A DNA stretch of 64,000 nucleotides from Alphaproteobacteria bacterium (GTDB lineage: Bacteria > Pseudomonadota > Alphaproteobacteria > UBA828), in assembly GCA_963422645.2 (NCBI GenBank), contig CAXXVO010000007.1, positions 1 through 64,000 of the forward strand, written 5' to 3'. The position numbers and the translations under genes are program-made. Shown here piece after piece: positions 1 through 13,173 of this stretch. The number at the start of each line of letters is the position of its first letter. Position 1 is the stretch's first letter. The notes under the pieces were generated by a model. It was not told the origin of the DNA. It searched no databases and worked only from the letters and a program-made list of their open reading frames with translations.

Positions 1-1
1 G

Positions 2-1060
2 CCGGACCTGACCGCCGAGCATCCCGGCCAGCCGGCGCTCACCCTGGTCTTCGACCGCGAGGGCTGGAGCCCGGATCTGTTCCGCCGGCTGGCGAGGCGC
101 GGCGTCGCCTGCCTGACCTGGCACAAGAACTTCAGGGGCGAGGACTGGCCGGCCGAGGACTTCGGCGCGATGACCGTTCCCATTCACGGACCGGCGGCGG
201 ACGGCAGCGCCACCATGCGGCTGGCTGAGAAGCCGGTGACGTTGCCGAACGGCTTCAGGGTGCGCCAGATCCGCCGCCTGCTCGACAACGGCCGTCAGGT
301 GCCGCTGATCACCACCGATCCGCACAAGCCGATGGCTGAGGTTGCGGGCGCCATGTTCTCGCGCTGGTCGCAGGAGAACTTCTTCAAGTACATGCGTGAC
401 GAGTTCAATCTCGACGCCCTGCCGACCCACGAGCTCGAGCCTCTCGATCCCGCCGCCATGGTCGTCAACCCGCTGCGGCGGGCCTATGACAAGGCAATCC
501 ATCGCCTCGACCGCCAGCTTGGCCGCCTGCGCAACCGCATCGCCGACACGGCCCGGAAGAAGCAGCCGACGGCGGAACTCAGGAGGGAAGTCAGGGACCT
601 CCAGGATGTCCGCGACATCGTCAGGGCCAGCCGCAGGGAGACGCCCAAGCACTGCCGGGCCGGCGACCTCGACGAAGCCGAGCAGCTCGATGCCTTGCCC
701 GCGCGCGAGCGCCTCCTCCTCGACGTCATCCGGATGATCGCCTACCGCGCCGAAACCCGCATGATGCTTCCCGTCATGCAGGCGCAGGGCCACAAGCCCC
801 ATCCCCGGAAACTGCTTCAAGCGCTGCTCACCGCCGATGCCGACATCCTGCCGGATCCTGGCAATGGCCTCCTGCGGGTCCACATTCTTGGCCTCGCAAA
901 CGACGCCTGCGACCGTTGGATCGATGCGGTTCTGAGCGACCTGAACGCCACCGAAACGGTCTTCCCCGGCACCCGTCTGCGCATAGTCTACGACATCGAC
1001 GGGGCCTCGGAATCCGCGCGGCTCGTGTCACCTAAAATCAGCAGAGGTCAGGAAGTCTGA
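2..1060 (+). mobile_element. Putative DDE-type transposase, 5'-truncated by the window edge; the element's right end is probably at about 1060
   Basis: Frame is open from position 2 (LTLVFDREGWSPDLF...RWSQENFFKYMR...). The stop falls in GGTCAGGAAGTCTGA, which abuts a truncated copy of another IS. Family not assigned. Confidence 0.7.
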
Positions 1061-1434
1061 GGTTCTCTCGCCTATGGGTTGCACTCTCGCATGAGAGGAG
1101 CAGCCGGTGGGGTATTTCGGGTCGAAGGCGACGACCGGTCTGAGCCAGGCGCTGATTGCGCTGATGCCGCGGCACTCTGTCTATATCGAGAGCCATCTTG
1201 GGGGCGGGGCGCTGATGAAGCGCAAGCCTGCGGCCATGCGCTCGATCGGGATCGACCGCGACGAGCGGGCGCTTGAGGCCTTTGGCTGCGACTACCCGGT
1301 GGAGTTGGTGCACGGCTGCGCCCATTCCTTCCTGGCCTCGTTCCCGTTTCTGGGCCCGGAGCTGGTCTACAGCGATCCGCCCTATCTGCACGCGACCCGG
1401 CGTTCGTCGCAGCGCTACCGCTTCGAGTACGAGG
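1060..1434 (+). pseudogene. Truncated fragment of the methyltransferase-carrying IS66 element (5' half of the Dam-like MTase, GTG at 1107)
   Basis: Near-identical to the stretch starting at 39751. The match stops after ...RYRFEYE. The left IR and the -35 box are missing. Confidence 0.9.
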
Positions 1435-1539
1435 CAGAAGGCGTGTCCCGAGCGCGTTTGGCCGCCGTCGCGATAGCCGGCGCGGGCGGGGGAGTGCTAT
1501 AAGGGCGCGCTCTCGATCGTCGCGCGGCGGTACGGCTTC

Positions 1540-2709
1540 ATGAACCTCCACGAATATCAGGCCAAGCAAGTGCTGGCGGGGTTCGGCGTGCCGGTGCCGC
1601 GCGGCGTGCCCGTACTCGCGCCGGAGGAAACCGCTGCCGCCGTGGACGAACTCGGCGGACCGGTCTGGGTGGTGAAGGCGCAGATCCACGCGGGCGGTCG
1701 CGGCAAGGCCGGCGGCGTCAAGGTCTGCACTGGCCGCGACGAGGCGGTTGCGGCGGCGCAGGCCATGTTTGGCAAGGTGCTCGTCACCCATCAGACGGGA
1801 CCCGCCGGCCGCGAGGTGCGCCGCGTCTATCTGGAGGACGGCGCTGATATCGCCCACGAGTACTATCTCGGCGCCGTGGTGGACCGCGAGAGCGGTTGCG
1901 TCGCGCTCATCGCTTCACGCGAAGGCGGTGTCGAGATCGAAGCGGTCGCGGCGGAGAACCCGCAAGCCATCGTGACCGTGCCCATCGATCCCGCGAGCGG
2001 CTTCCAGCCCCACCACGGGCGGAGCATTGCGTTCGGCCTCGGCCTCTCCGGCGAGAGCGCGAAAGCGGCGGGAAAGCTCGCCCGCGCCGTCCACGACGCA
2101 GTCATGGGTACCGACGCGAGCCTGGTGGAGATCAACCCACTGATCGAGACGAGGGCGGGATCGCTCATCGCCCTCGATGCCAAGATGAGCATCGACGACA
2201 ACGCGCTCTACCGCCAGCGGGAGATCGCGGTGCTGCGCGACGCAAAGGAGGAAGACCCGACCGAACGCGCCGCCGGCGAGCACGGGCTGAGCTACGTCAA
2301 GCTCGACGGCAACATCGGCTGCATGGTCAACGGCGCGGGCCTCGCCATGGCGACCATGGACATCATCAAGCTGCATGGCGCCGCGCCTGCCAACTTCCTC
2401 GATGTGGGCGGCGGCGCCACCCGTGAGCGGGTCACCGAAGCCTTCAAGATCATCCTCTCCGACCCCAACGTGCGCGGCATCCTGGTCAACATTTTTGGGG
2501 GCATCATGCGCTGCGACGTGATCGCCGAGGGAATCGTCGCCGCTGCGCGGGAGGTTTCGCTGGAGCTCCCCCTTGTCGTCAGGCTCGAGGGCACCAATGT
2601 GGAGAAGGGCAAGGAAATCCTGGATGGCGCAGGCATTGACCTGATCGCGGCCGACGACCTCGGCGATGCCGCGGCCAAGGTGGTTCAGGCAATCGAGCGG
2701 ACGGGTTGA
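1540..2709 (+). CDS. sucC: Succinyl-CoA synthetase beta subunit
   Basis: [45 protein letters not shown]. Confidence 0.98.
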   Translation: MNLHEYQAKQVLAGFGVPVPRGVPVLAPEETAAAVDELGGPVWVVKAQIHAGGRGKAGGVKVCTGRDEAVAAAQAMFGKVLVTHQTGPAGREVRRVYLEDGADIAHEYYLGAVVDRESGCVALIASREGGVEIEAVAAENPQAIVTVPIDPASGFQPHHGRSIAFGLGLSGESAKAAGKLARAVHDAVMGTDASLVEINPLIETRAGSLIALDAKMSIDDNALYRQREIAVLRDAKEEDPTERAAGEHGLSYVKLDGNIGCMVNGAGLAMATMDIIKLHGAAPANFLDVGGGATRERVTEAFKIILSDPNVRGILVNIFGGIMRCDVIAEGIVAAAREVSLELPLVVRLEGTNVEKGKEILDGAGIDLIAADDLGDAAAKVVQAIERTG

Positions 2710-3608
2710 TGGCGGTCCTCGTCGATCGAGACACACGCGTGATCTGCCAGGGTTTCACTGGCGCCCAGGGCACCTTCCATTCGGAGCAGGCGATCGCCTA
2801 TGGCACGCACATGGTGGGCGGTGTCACCCCCGGCAAGGGGGGCAGTACCCATCTCGACTTGCCGGTGTTCGACACCGTGGCCGAGGCCCGCTCGGCAACC
2901 GGGGCCGACGCCTCCGTGATCTACGTGCCGGCGCCCTTCGCGGCGGACGCGATCCTGGAGGCCATCGACGCCGGGATCGGCCTCGTCGTCTGCATCACCG
3001 AGGGCATCCCCGTGCTCGACATGGTGCGGGTCAAGCGCGCGCTCAGCGGCTCCCGGACCCGTCTCATCGGACCGAACTGTCCCGGCATCATCACGCCGGA
3101 CGAGTGCAAGATTGGCATCATGCCGGGTCACATCCACCGGCGCGGCCGGGTGGGCATCGTTTCGCGCTCGGGCACGCTGACCTACGAGGCCGTGGGGCAG
3201 ACCACCGCTGCGGGGCTGGGACAATCGACCTGCATCGGCATCGGCGGCGATCCGGTCGCGGGCACCGACTTTATCGACTGCCTCGCCCGCTTCGCACGCG
3301 ACGACGAGACCGAGGCCATCGTGATGATCGGCGAGATCGGCGGCAGCGCGGAGGAGAAGGCGGCCGAATTCGTGCGTGCGGAGAAGCTTGCCAAGCCCAT
3401 CGTGGGCTTCATCGCAGGCCTGACAGCGCCGCCCGGCCGGCGCATGGGCCATGCTGGCGCCATCATCTCGGGCGGCAAGGGCGGGGCGGCGGACAAGATC
3501 GAGGCCATGCGGAGCGCCGGCATCACCGTGACGGAGTCGCCGGCGGCCATCGGCACCACGGTGCTGGACGTGCTGGAGCGGCGACGCTCGCCGGGGCGGG
3601 CGGCATGA
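2709..3608 (+). CDS. sucD: Succinyl-CoA synthetase alpha subunit
   Basis: [24 protein letters not shown]; ATG overlaps the sucC stop. Confidence 0.98.
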   Translation: MAVLVDRDTRVICQGFTGAQGTFHSEQAIAYGTHMVGGVTPGKGGSTHLDLPVFDTVAEARSATGADASVIYVPAPFAADAILEAIDAGIGLVVCITEGIPVLDMVRVKRALSGSRTRLIGPNCPGIITPDECKIGIMPGHIHRRGRVGIVSRSGTLTYEAVGQTTAAGLGQSTCIGIGGDPVAGTDFIDCLARFARDDETEAIVMIGEIGGSAEEKAAEFVRAEKLAKPIVGFIAGLTAPPGRRMGHAGAIISGGKGGAADKIEAMRSAGITVTESPAAIGTTVLDVLERRRSPGRAA

Positions 3609-6475
3609 GCAAGGGGCTCGACGGCGCGTCCTCCTTCCTCGGCGGGGCCGACCCCGCCGTCATCGAGCAGCTTCACGCGCAGTATCTGCGCGACCCCAAC
3701 TCGGTCGACCCGAGCTGGCGCCGCATCTTCGAGAGCGAAGGCGCCTTCGAGGGCCGGGACGGCACGGCACGGAGCGCGCCGGCTTCTACGCAGGAGGACC
3801 GGGAGATGGGGCTGCCGGAGCCCCGCCCGCCCGCTGCCCCGCAGGCGCCCGGCACCGATCCGGACGCACCGGTCCAGGCCGAGACCATCGATTCCATCCG
3901 CGCTCTCATGATGATCCGTGCCTACCGGGTGCGCGGCCATCTGATCGCGAGCCTCGACCCCCTCAGCCTGGAGGGCGAGCGGCACCACCCGGAGCTCGAC
4001 CCCAAGAGCTACGGCTTCTCGGAGGCGGACTACGACCGGCCCATCTATGTCGACGGCGTGCTCGGGTTGAAGCGGGCAACGCTGCGCCAGGTGCTGGCGA
4101 TCCTCAAGCAGACCTATTGCGCGCGCATCGGCGTCGAGTTCATGCACATTCAGCACCCTGACCGGAAGGCCTGGGTGCAGCGGATGATGGAGGGCGAGCG
4201 CAACCGGCAGTCGCTCTCGCGCGGAGAGAAGACGGAGATCCTGCGCCATCTGCACGAGGCCGAAGGCTTCGAGCGCTTCCTCGACGTGAAGTACGCCGGC
4301 GCCAAGCGCTTCTCTCTGGAGGGGTCGGAGAGCGTCATCCCCGCGCTCGAGGCGGTGATCGCGCAGGCCGCCGATCACGGCGTCGAGGAGATCGTCATCG
4401 GCATGGCCCATCGCGGGCGGCTCAACGTGCTGACCAGCATCATGGGCAAGTCCTATGCCGCGGTCTTCTCCGAGTTCCAGGGGGGCCAGACCGCGGCCGG
4501 CGAGGTCCAAGGCTCGGGCGACGTCAAGTACCACCTCGGTGCCTCGGCAGATCGCGTGCTCGAAGACGGCCATTCGCTCCACATCTCGCTCACGCCCAAC
4601 CCCTCGCACCTGGAGGCGGTCAACCCGGTGGTGCTGGGCAAGGTCCGCGCCAAGCAGGCGATGCGCCGCGACAAGACCCGCGAGCGGGTCATGGGGCTCC
4701 TTATCCACGGCGATGCCGCGCTCGCTGGCCAGGGGACATGCTCGGAGGTCTTCGAGCTATCCGAACTGCGCGGCTACCGCACCGGCGGCACGGTCCACAT
4801 CGTCATCAACAACCAGATCGGCTTCACCACGAGCCCGAGCCAGGCGCGCACCTCGCCCTATCCGTCGGAGGTGGCGAAGATCATCCAGGCGCCGGTCTTC
4901 CACGCGAACGGGGACGACCCGGAGGCGGTCGTGCGCGTCTGCCAGATCGCGGCCGACTATCGCCAGCAGTTCAAGGCGGACGTGGTGGTGGACATCTTCT
5001 GCTACCGCCGCCACGGCCATAACGAGGGCGACGAGCCGGCCTTCACGCAGCCCGCGATGTATCGCGCGGTCCGCGAGCGGCCCACGACGCGGCAGATCTA
5101 TACCGAGCAGCTGGTGGCCGAGGGCGTGCTCACGGTCAAGGACGCGGACCGCATGATGGAGACCTTCCGCACCCGGCTGGAGACCGAACTCGAGGCCTCC
5201 AAGAACTACCGTCCCAACAAGGCGGACTGGCTGGAAGGCGACTGGGCGGACATCGAGGCGGCGCCCCGCGACGAACGGCCCGGCGATACGGCCGTGGCGC
5301 CTGAGGTGCTGTCCGAAATTGGCCGGGCGGTTAGCCGCGTGCCGGACGACTTCGCCGTGCACCCCCGCATCCAGCGCCAGCTGGAGGAGAAGCGCCTTAC
5401 GCTCGCGGCGGGCGGCCCGATCGACTGGGCGACGGCGGAGGCATTGGCCTTCGGCTCGCTGCTGCTGGAGGGCAAGCCGATCAGGCTCTCGGGCCAGGAT
5501 TGCTCGCGCGGCACCTTCTCCCAGCGCCATGCGGGCCTGATCGATCAGGAAAGCGAGGCCCGTTACGTCCCACTCAACAACATCAGGCCGGACCAGGCCA
5601 AGATCAAGCTCGCGGACAGTCTCCTCTCCGAGGCCGGCGTGCTCGGATTCGAGTACGGCCATTCCATCGCGGACCCGAACGCGCTCGCGATCTGGGAAGC
5701 CCAGTTCGGCGACTTCGCCAACGGCGCCCAGGTCATCATCGACCAGTTCGTCATCGCCGGCGAGACCAAGTGGCTGCGTATGTCAGGCCTCGTCATGCTG
5801 CTGCCGCACGCCTTCGAGGGGCAGGGGCCGGAGCACAGCTCTGCACGGCTCGAACGCTATCTACAGCTCTACGCCGACGGCAACATCCAGGTAGCGAATT
5901 GCTCGACGCCGGCCTCCTACTTCCACGTGCTGCGCCGCCAGCTCCGCCGCAGCTTCCGCAAGCCGCTCATCGTCATGTCGCCCAAGTCCCTGCTGCGCCA
6001 TAAGCGCTGCGTGTCCCGGCTGGAGGAAATGAGCGGCGGCAACCGCTTTCACCGGGTGATCGGGGAGACGGACCCCGCGATCACGCCCGAGCGCGCCCGC
6101 CGGGTCGTCTTCTGCTCCGGCAAGCTCTACTACGACCTGCTGGCGGCGCGCGAAGAGCGTGGCATCGACGACGTGGCGCTGCTCAGGCTGGAGCAGATCG
6201 CGCCCTTCCCGAGCCGGAGCTTCATGGTGGAGGTCGCGAAGTACGGCGGGGCCGAGGTGGTCTGGTGCCAGGAGGAGCCCGAGAACATGGGCGCCTGGAC
6301 CTTCGTCGCACCCCGCATCGAGCAGGTCCTGACCGAGCTCGACGGTGCGGCGCGCCGGCCCCGCTACGCCGGGCGCGCCGCCGCCGCCTCGCCCGCCACG
6401 GGCTTCCTCGTCGTCCACCAGCGCGAACAGCGGACGCTGATCGACGAGGCCCTCGACGGGGAGGCCGGGCCGTGA
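3605..6475 (+). CDS. sucA: 2-oxoglutarate dehydrogenase E1 component
   Basis: [40 protein letters not shown]; ATG at 3605 overlaps the sucD stop. Confidence 0.97.
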   Translation: MSKGLDGASSFLGGADPAVIEQLHAQYLRDPNSVDPSWRRIFESEGAFEGRDGTARSAPASTQEDREMGLPEPRPPAAPQAPGTDPDAPVQAETIDSIRALMMIRAYRVRGHLIASLDPLSLEGERHHPELDPKSYGFSEADYDRPIYVDGVLGLKRATLRQVLAILKQTYCARIGVEFMHIQHPDRKAWVQRMMEGERNRQSLSRGEKTEILRHLHEAEGFERFLDVKYAGAKRFSLEGSESVIPALEAVIAQAADHGVEEIVIGMAHRGRLNVLTSIMGKSYAAVFSEFQGGQTAAGEVQGSGDVKYHLGASADRVLEDGHSLHISLTPNPSHLEAVNPVVLGKVRAKQAMRRDKTRERVMGLLIHGDAALAGQGTCSEVFELSELRGYRTGGTVHIVINNQIGFTTSPSQARTSPYPSEVAKIIQAPVFHANGDDPEAVVRVCQIAADYRQQFKADVVVDIFCYRRHGHNEGDEPAFTQPAMYRAVRERPTTRQIYTEQLVAEGVLTVKDADRMMETFRTRLETELEASKNYRPNKADWLEGDWADIEAAPRDERPGDTAVAPEVLSEIGRAVSRVPDDFAVHPRIQRQLEEKRLTLAAGGPIDWATAEALAFGSLLLEGKPIRLSGQDCSRGTFSQRHAGLIDQESEARYVPLNNIRPDQAKIKLADSLLSEAGVLGFEYGHSIADPNALAIWEAQFGDFANGAQVIIDQFVIAGETKWLRMSGLVMLLPHAFEGQGPEHSSARLERYLQLYADGNIQVANCSTPASYFHVLRRQLRRSFRKPLIVMSPKSLLRHKRCVSRLEEMSGGNRFHRVIGETDPAITPERARRVVFCSGKLYYDLLAAREERGIDDVALLRLEQIAPFPSRSFMVEVAKYGGAEVVWCQEEPENMGAWTFVAPRIEQVLTELDGAARRPRYAGRAAAASPATGFLVVHQREQRTLIDEALDGEAGP

Positions 6476-7785
6476 CCATCGATATCACCGTCCCCGCCCT
6501 CGGCGAATCGATCACCGAGGCGACCGTCATGCGCTGGCACAAGGCGCCGGGCGAAGCGGTGGCGCTCGACGAGACCCTGGTAGAGCTGGAGACCGACAAG
6601 ATCGCCGTCGAGGTCAAGGCCGAGAGCGCCGGCGCACTGGCGGAAATCGTCGCCGGCGAGGGCGCGGACGTCGAGGTGGGCGCGCTGCTGGGTCGCTTGG
6701 AGCCCGGAGCGGCTGCCTCCACCGCCGCGGCCAAACCGACCGCGCGCGAGTCATCTGTTGCGCGCCAGACAGTCCCTGCTCGCGTGAGCGCGCACGTGCC
6801 GCCAGCCTCGCCTGCCGTGCGTCACCTGCTCGAGGAACACGGCCTCGATCCGGCAGAGATCGAGGGGACCGGCAAGGGCGGGCGCCTGCTCAAGAGCGAT
6901 GTGCTCGCCGCCGTGGTGGCGCGCGCCTCGGCCGCAGCGCCCGAACCAGAGCCGCCGTCGGAACCTGTCCGACCCGAGGCTTCACCGGCCGTCGCTTCTC
7001 CGCCGAAGCCCGCGCCCGCAACGGTTCCTGCGCCCGACTCTTCTACCGCGCGAGAGACGGCCCCCGCCCCCGCAGCCGCTGAACACCGGCGCGAGGAGCG
7101 GGTGCCGATGAGCCGCCTGCGCCGGCGTGCGGCGGAGCGCCTCAAACTCGCGCAGGACACGGCGGCGATGCTCACCACCTTCAACGAGGTGGACATGAGC
7201 GCCGCCCAAGCGCTGCGTGAGGCCCACGGCGAGGCGTTCGAGCGGAAGCACGGCGTCCGCCTCGGCTTCATGTCCTTCTTTGTGAAGGCATCCGTCGCCG
7301 CGCTCGTCGAATACCCGACGGTCAACGCGCAGATCGACGGCGACGATATCGTCTACAAGCACTATCACGACATCGGCGTCGCGGTGAGCGCGCCTCAGGG
7401 CCTGGTGGTGCCGGTGCTGCGCGATGCCGCGCAGATGAGCTTCGCCGACGTCGAGCAGGCGATCCGTACCCTCGGCATCAAGGCCCGCGACGGCAAGCTC
7501 GCGCTGGACGACCTCCTGGGCGGCACCTTCACCATCTCCAACGGCGGGGTCTTCGGCTCGCTCATGTCGACGCCAATCATCAACCCGCCGCAGTCCGCGA
7601 TCCTCGGTATGCACAAGGTGGAGGAGCGCCCGGTCGCCGTCGCCGGTGCGGTTGAAATCCGCCCCATGATGTACCTTGCGCTGAGCTACGATCACCGCAT
7701 CATCGACGGCCGCGAGGCGGTGAGCTTCCTGGTCCGCATCAAGGAATGCATCGAGGATCCTCAGCGCCTCTTGCTCGATCTCTAG
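6472..7785 (+). CDS. sucB: Dihydrolipoamide succinyltransferase (E2)
   Basis: Lipoyl motif [10 protein letters not shown], catalytic SYDHRIIDG; GTG overlaps the sucA stop. Confidence 0.97.
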   Translation: MTIDITVPALGESITEATVMRWHKAPGEAVALDETLVELETDKIAVEVKAESAGALAEIVAGEGADVEVGALLGRLEPGAAASTAAAKPTARESSVARQTVPARVSAHVPPASPAVRHLLEEHGLDPAEIEGTGKGGRLLKSDVLAAVVARASAAAPEPEPPSEPVRPEASPAVASPPKPAPATVPAPDSSTARETAPAPAAAEHRREERVPMSRLRRRAAERLKLAQDTAAMLTTFNEVDMSAAQALREAHGEAFERKHGVRLGFMSFFVKASVAALVEYPTVNAQIDGDDIVYKHYHDIGVAVSAPQGLVVPVLRDAAQMSFADVEQAIRTLGIKARDGKLALDDLLGGTFTISNGGVFGSLMSTPIINPPQSAILGMHKVEERPVAVAGAVEIRPMMYLALSYDHRIIDGREAVSFLVRIKECIEDPQRLLLDL

Positions 7786-7810
7786 CCCCGCAAGGCCAGC
7801 CGGAGCCACC

Positions 7811-9210
<1,400 letters not shown>

Positions 9211-9214
<4 letters not shown>

Positions 9215-9329
9215 CCCGCATTTCCGTTTCACACGGAAACGCTCTAGCATTTCGTCGCTCACGGCAGCCGGCTAACGGTCGACGCAGCCGTGGCCTGTTG
9301 CGAGCCCGTCGATGACGTCCTCGCTCTAA
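9211..9329. repeat. Intergenic palindromic repeat, copy 1 (RPE/CIR/BRU-RS-like)
   Basis: Shares CCGTTTCACACGGAA, GTCGCTCACGGCAGCCGGC, GGCCTGT and CGCTCTA blocks with 21725-21857; begins at the lpdA TAG. Confidence 0.7.
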
Positions 9330-9355
9330 GCGGGCTTCAGGGGAGCAGACGAGAC

Positions 9356-11662
9356 ATGAATACCGGCCCACAGGCCACGACCATGCGGCGCATCAGCGAG
9401 ATGACGGACACCCGCTTCGACGGTGTGGCCAAGCCCTATGTGCCGCCGCGCGAGCTCACCATCTCCGAGTCCCTCACCCTGCACCGGGATTGGGAGACGG
9501 ATATCGACCCGGTGACCTACGAGGTGATCCGCCACAACCTTTGGAACATCAACGAGGAGCACGGCGCCACCATCCAGCGCATCTCGGGCTCGCCGGTGGC
9601 GATCTACGCGCTCGACCTCAATCCCTCGATCCTCACCGAGGACGCCGAGTTCGTCTATTTCGGCCCCTACATGCAGTACATGTCGGGCGTCACCGACACG
9701 CAGGTGAAGTGGATCCTGGAGTACCGCAGCGACAACCCGGGCATCCGCGAGGGCGACATGTTCCTCGCCAACGATCCCTGGGTGGGCGCTGCGCACCAGA
9801 TGGACGTGATGTTGATCTGCCCGGTGTTCTGGGAGGGCGAGCTTTTCTGCTGGATCACCAACTGCCTGCATCAGTACGACATCGGCGGCATCACGCCGGG
9901 GAGCTTCTGCCCCGCCGCCGAGAGCGCCTTCGACGAAGGGATTCTGATCCCGCCGGTGAAGATCGTCGAGCATGACGTGGTTCGCCGCGATATCGAGGAG
10001 CTCTACCTGCGCTCCTCACGCAAGCCCGAGATGGTGGCGCTCGACTTCCGCGCCCAGCTCGCCGGCAACATGAGCGCACGCGAGCGCCTGCTGCAGCTCG
10101 TCCGCCGCTACGGGCCCCGCACGGTCAAGGGCGTGATGAAGCGCATCATCGACAATGCGGAAACCGCCTTCCTCGCCAAGCTTGAGCGGCTGCCCGATGG
10201 CGCCTGGAGCGACCGCACCTATGTCGAGGCCTGCCGGCCGGGGGACCGGCGCACCCACCGGGTCCAGATCAAGGTCACCAAGAAGGGCGACCGGCTGATC
10301 TTCGACAACGACGGCACGGCACCCCAGGACGGCGCCATGAACGCCACCTATTCCGGCTGGCGCGGCTCGGTCATGGTGGCGATCAACGAGCTGCTCGCGT
10401 GGGACCAGTATTTCGCGGTGGGCGGCGCGCTGCGGCACATCGACTTCGACCCGACGGCAGGCACGCTCAACTGCGCCGACTTCCCGGCCAGCGTCTCGAC
10501 CGCGCCCACCCAGTCGATGGAGATATCGCTCTACCCCGCCTACAACGCGATCTCCAAGATGCTCTTCTCGGACGAAGAGTTGCGCGGCGACATCATGGGC
10601 ATCGGCGGCATCGACCAGTGGGGCGAGCGCTACGGCTACCTGCTGATCGACCCCATCGGCGGCTCCATCGGCGCCTTCGCCCACGCCGACGGCATCAACA
10701 CAGGTGGCCAGGCGCGCACGCCGATCTGCCAGCTCCCCAACGTGGAGCACAACGAGCAGAACTTCCCGCTGCTCGTGCTCTACCGCAAGGAGCTGCCGGA
10801 TTCGGGCGGCGCCGGCCGGTACCGGGGCGGGCTCTCCGCCGAGACCTGCTTCATCCCCCACAACACCGAGCGCATCACCCAGGACACGCTGTCGTCCGGC
10901 AACGCGACACCCACCTCGACAGGCATGATGGGGGGGTTCCCGTCGACCACCAACGCCTACCAGTTCATCCGCGAGAGCGACATTCTGGAGCGCATGGCCG
11001 AGAGCCGCATGATCGACGACCATTCGCAGGTCTCAGGCAGGCCCGAGCACCTGGAGCTGCGGCAGGAGAACTTCGACCAGAATCCGGCGGATGTCTACGC
11101 GGTGCGCTGGTCCGGCGGCGGCGGCTTCGGCGACCCCATGCGGCGCGACCCCGCGAAGATCCAGCACGATCTGCTGCACCAGAACGTCACGCCGGAGGCG
11201 GCGCGGGCGATCTTCGGTGCCGTGCTGAGCGAGGACGAGACCACCGTCGACATCGAGATGACCGAACGCAACCGCGCCGCCATCAAGGCCGACCGCCTCA
11301 CCCGGCTCACCAACAGCGCGACGCCGCAGCCTGAGCGCAACGGCGACCTCCGCCTGCGCGCGACCGATTCTCTCGACCTGCGCGAGGATGCATCGGGCGC
11401 CTACTGGGCTTGCGGCGAGTGCGCGGCCTCCCTCGGCCCGCTCGATGCCAACTACAAGGATGCCTGCCTGCAGGACGTGCGGCCGGTCTCGGACTCCAAC
11501 CCGCTGATCGGCGATCCCTCCCTCTTCGTGGACGATGCCGTCGAGTTCCGGCTCTTCTGCTGCCCCGGCTGCGGCGCGCAGATCGAGAACGAGATCGCCG
11601 TCGCCACCGACCCGATCCTCCGCGATATTTCGATCGCGCTCCCGGCCGCGCCCGATGGCTGA
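9356..11662 (+). CDS. Hydantoinase B/oxoprolinase family protein with a C-terminal acetone-carboxylase-gamma-like CxxC...CCxxC domain
   Basis: DPVTYEVIRH, NDPWVGAAHQMD, DSGGAGRYRGG, GGGGFGDP; tail WACGEC...FCCPGCG. Start codon uncertain. Confidence 0.85.
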   Translation: MNTGPQATTMRRISEMTDTRFDGVAKPYVPPRELTISESLTLHRDWETDIDPVTYEVIRHNLWNINEEHGATIQRISGSPVAIYALDLNPSILTEDAEFVYFGPYMQYMSGVTDTQVKWILEYRSDNPGIREGDMFLANDPWVGAAHQMDVMLICPVFWEGELFCWITNCLHQYDIGGITPGSFCPAAESAFDEGILIPPVKIVEHDVVRRDIEELYLRSSRKPEMVALDFRAQLAGNMSARERLLQLVRRYGPRTVKGVMKRIIDNAETAFLAKLERLPDGAWSDRTYVEACRPGDRRTHRVQIKVTKKGDRLIFDNDGTAPQDGAMNATYSGWRGSVMVAINELLAWDQYFAVGGALRHIDFDPTAGTLNCADFPASVSTAPTQSMEISLYPAYNAISKMLFSDEELRGDIMGIGGIDQWGERYGYLLIDPIGGSIGAFAHADGINTGGQARTPICQLPNVEHNEQNFPLLVLYRKELPDSGGAGRYRGGLSAETCFIPHNTERITQDTLSSGNATPTSTGMMGGFPSTTNAYQFIRESDILERMAESRMIDDHSQVSGRPEHLELRQENFDQNPADVYAVRWSGGGGFGDPMRRDPAKIQHDLLHQNVTPEAARAIFGAVLSEDETTVDIEMTERNRAAIKADRLTRLTNSATPQPERNGDLRLRATDSLDLREDASGAYWACGECAASLGPLDANYKDACLQDVRPVSDSNPLIGDPSLFVDDAVEFRLFCCPGCGAQIENEIAVATDPILRDISIALPAAPDG

Positions 11663-13046
11663 CACCGCGCCGCCCCACGCGCCCTCCAACGCCCACGCCG
11701 ATTTGATGGCACGGGACGCCGCGCGGGTCTACGGCTGGCGCTACCAGCCGGCGATCCAGTTCGAGCGCGGCGAGGGCATCTGGCTCTACGACGTCGACGG
11801 CAAGCCTTACTATGACCTGACCGCCGGCATGATGTGCAACGTGCTGGGCCACTGCCACCCCGAACTGGTGGAGGTCATGCGTGCCGAAGCCGGCAGGCTC
11901 TGGCACGAGAATTCGTGGTATTCGAACCCCCATCTCGTGCGCTTCGCCGAGCGTATCGCCTCGACCCTGCCGGAGGGGCTGGAGGTGGTGAACTTCGCGG
12001 TCACGGGCTCGGAGGCGAACGAGGTCGCCATGCGCATGGCGCTGGCTGTCTCCGGCAAGCACGACATCCTATCGGTGATCCGGGGCCTCCACGGCGGCAG
12101 CCTTGCGGTGGAATCCGTGACCACCATCGGCGGCGCCCGGCGGCGCCATCTGGGCCCGCTGCTGGCACCCGCCAACGCGCCCGCGATCTACGCGCCCTTC
12201 TGCTACCGCTGCCCGATCAACCTCGAATACCCCTCCTGCGACGTGGCCTGCCTCACGCAATCTCGCGAGCTCATCGACCACATCACAAGCGGCGACATCG
12301 CGGCGGTGCTGGCCGAGACCATGCTGGTCGCGGGCGGCATGGTGGTGCCGCCGCCGGAGTGGCTGCCCCGGCTCAAACAGCTCGCCGAGACCGAGGGCGC
12401 GCTGCTGGTGCTGGACGAGGCCCAGCTTGCGCCGGCGCGCACGGGCAAGCTCTGGGGCTTCCAACACTACGACGTCACTCCCGACATCGTCACCTTCGCC
12501 AAGGGCATGAGCGCTGGGCTCGCGATCTGCGGCGCGGTGACCACGCGCGAAATCGCAGAGCAGGCGCGCGGCAAGGCGGGGCTCCCCTGGGCCGGCACCT
12601 ACTCCGGCGACCCGCTGCCGGCGGCAGTCGCCGACAAGCAGCTGGAGATCGTGCTGCGCGACAGGCTGGACGAGCGCGCCGCGGCCACGGGCCAGGTGCT
12701 GCGCACTTCGCTGGAGCGCCTGCGCGACGCCCACGCGGTGATCGGCGACGTGCGCGGCCAGGGCCTCTACCAGATGCTCGATATCGTGAGAGAAAAGGAG
12801 ACGCGCACGCCCGACCCCGCCATGGCCGAGCGCATCCGCCTCAACGCGGCGCTCGGCGGCGTGATCGTGATCTGCGTGAAGAATTTCCTCCGCATCTGCC
12901 CGCCGCTTACCGTCACCGAGGAGGAAATCGCGGCCTTCACCGAGCGACTCGACCGTGCCATCCGCCTCGCCCTCGACGGCCATCCGAAGGACGTGGATTT
13001 CCGCGCCTCAAGCTCGCTCGCCATGGGCGGCGGCGCCTCTGTCTGA
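11655..13046 (+). CDS. Class III PLP-dependent aminotransferase
   Basis: GEGIWLYDVDGKPYYD, TGSEANE, LDEAQ, FAKG; overlaps the upstream stop. Confidence 0.9.
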   Translation: MADTAPPHAPSNAHADLMARDAARVYGWRYQPAIQFERGEGIWLYDVDGKPYYDLTAGMMCNVLGHCHPELVEVMRAEAGRLWHENSWYSNPHLVRFAERIASTLPEGLEVVNFAVTGSEANEVAMRMALAVSGKHDILSVIRGLHGGSLAVESVTTIGGARRRHLGPLLAPANAPAIYAPFCYRCPINLEYPSCDVACLTQSRELIDHITSGDIAAVLAETMLVAGGMVVPPPEWLPRLKQLAETEGALLVLDEAQLAPARTGKLWGFQHYDVTPDIVTFAKGMSAGLAICGAVTTREIAEQARGKAGLPWAGTYSGDPLPAAVADKQLEIVLRDRLDERAAATGQVLRTSLERLRDAHAVIGDVRGQGLYQMLDIVREKETRTPDPAMAERIRLNAALGGVIVICVKNFLRICPPLTVTEEEIAAFTERLDRAIRLALDGHPKDVDFRASSSLAMGGGASV

Positions 13047-13173
13047 CCCAAGGCTTGGAGTAACTGCCCAGGTCGTCTGATTTGTCATTTTGGGCCAGTG
13101 GATTGAGGCGTTTCTCGTTCGGAGTTGGTGGAAAGGGCTTGACGGGAATTTCGGGAAATGACTCAACAACGAC

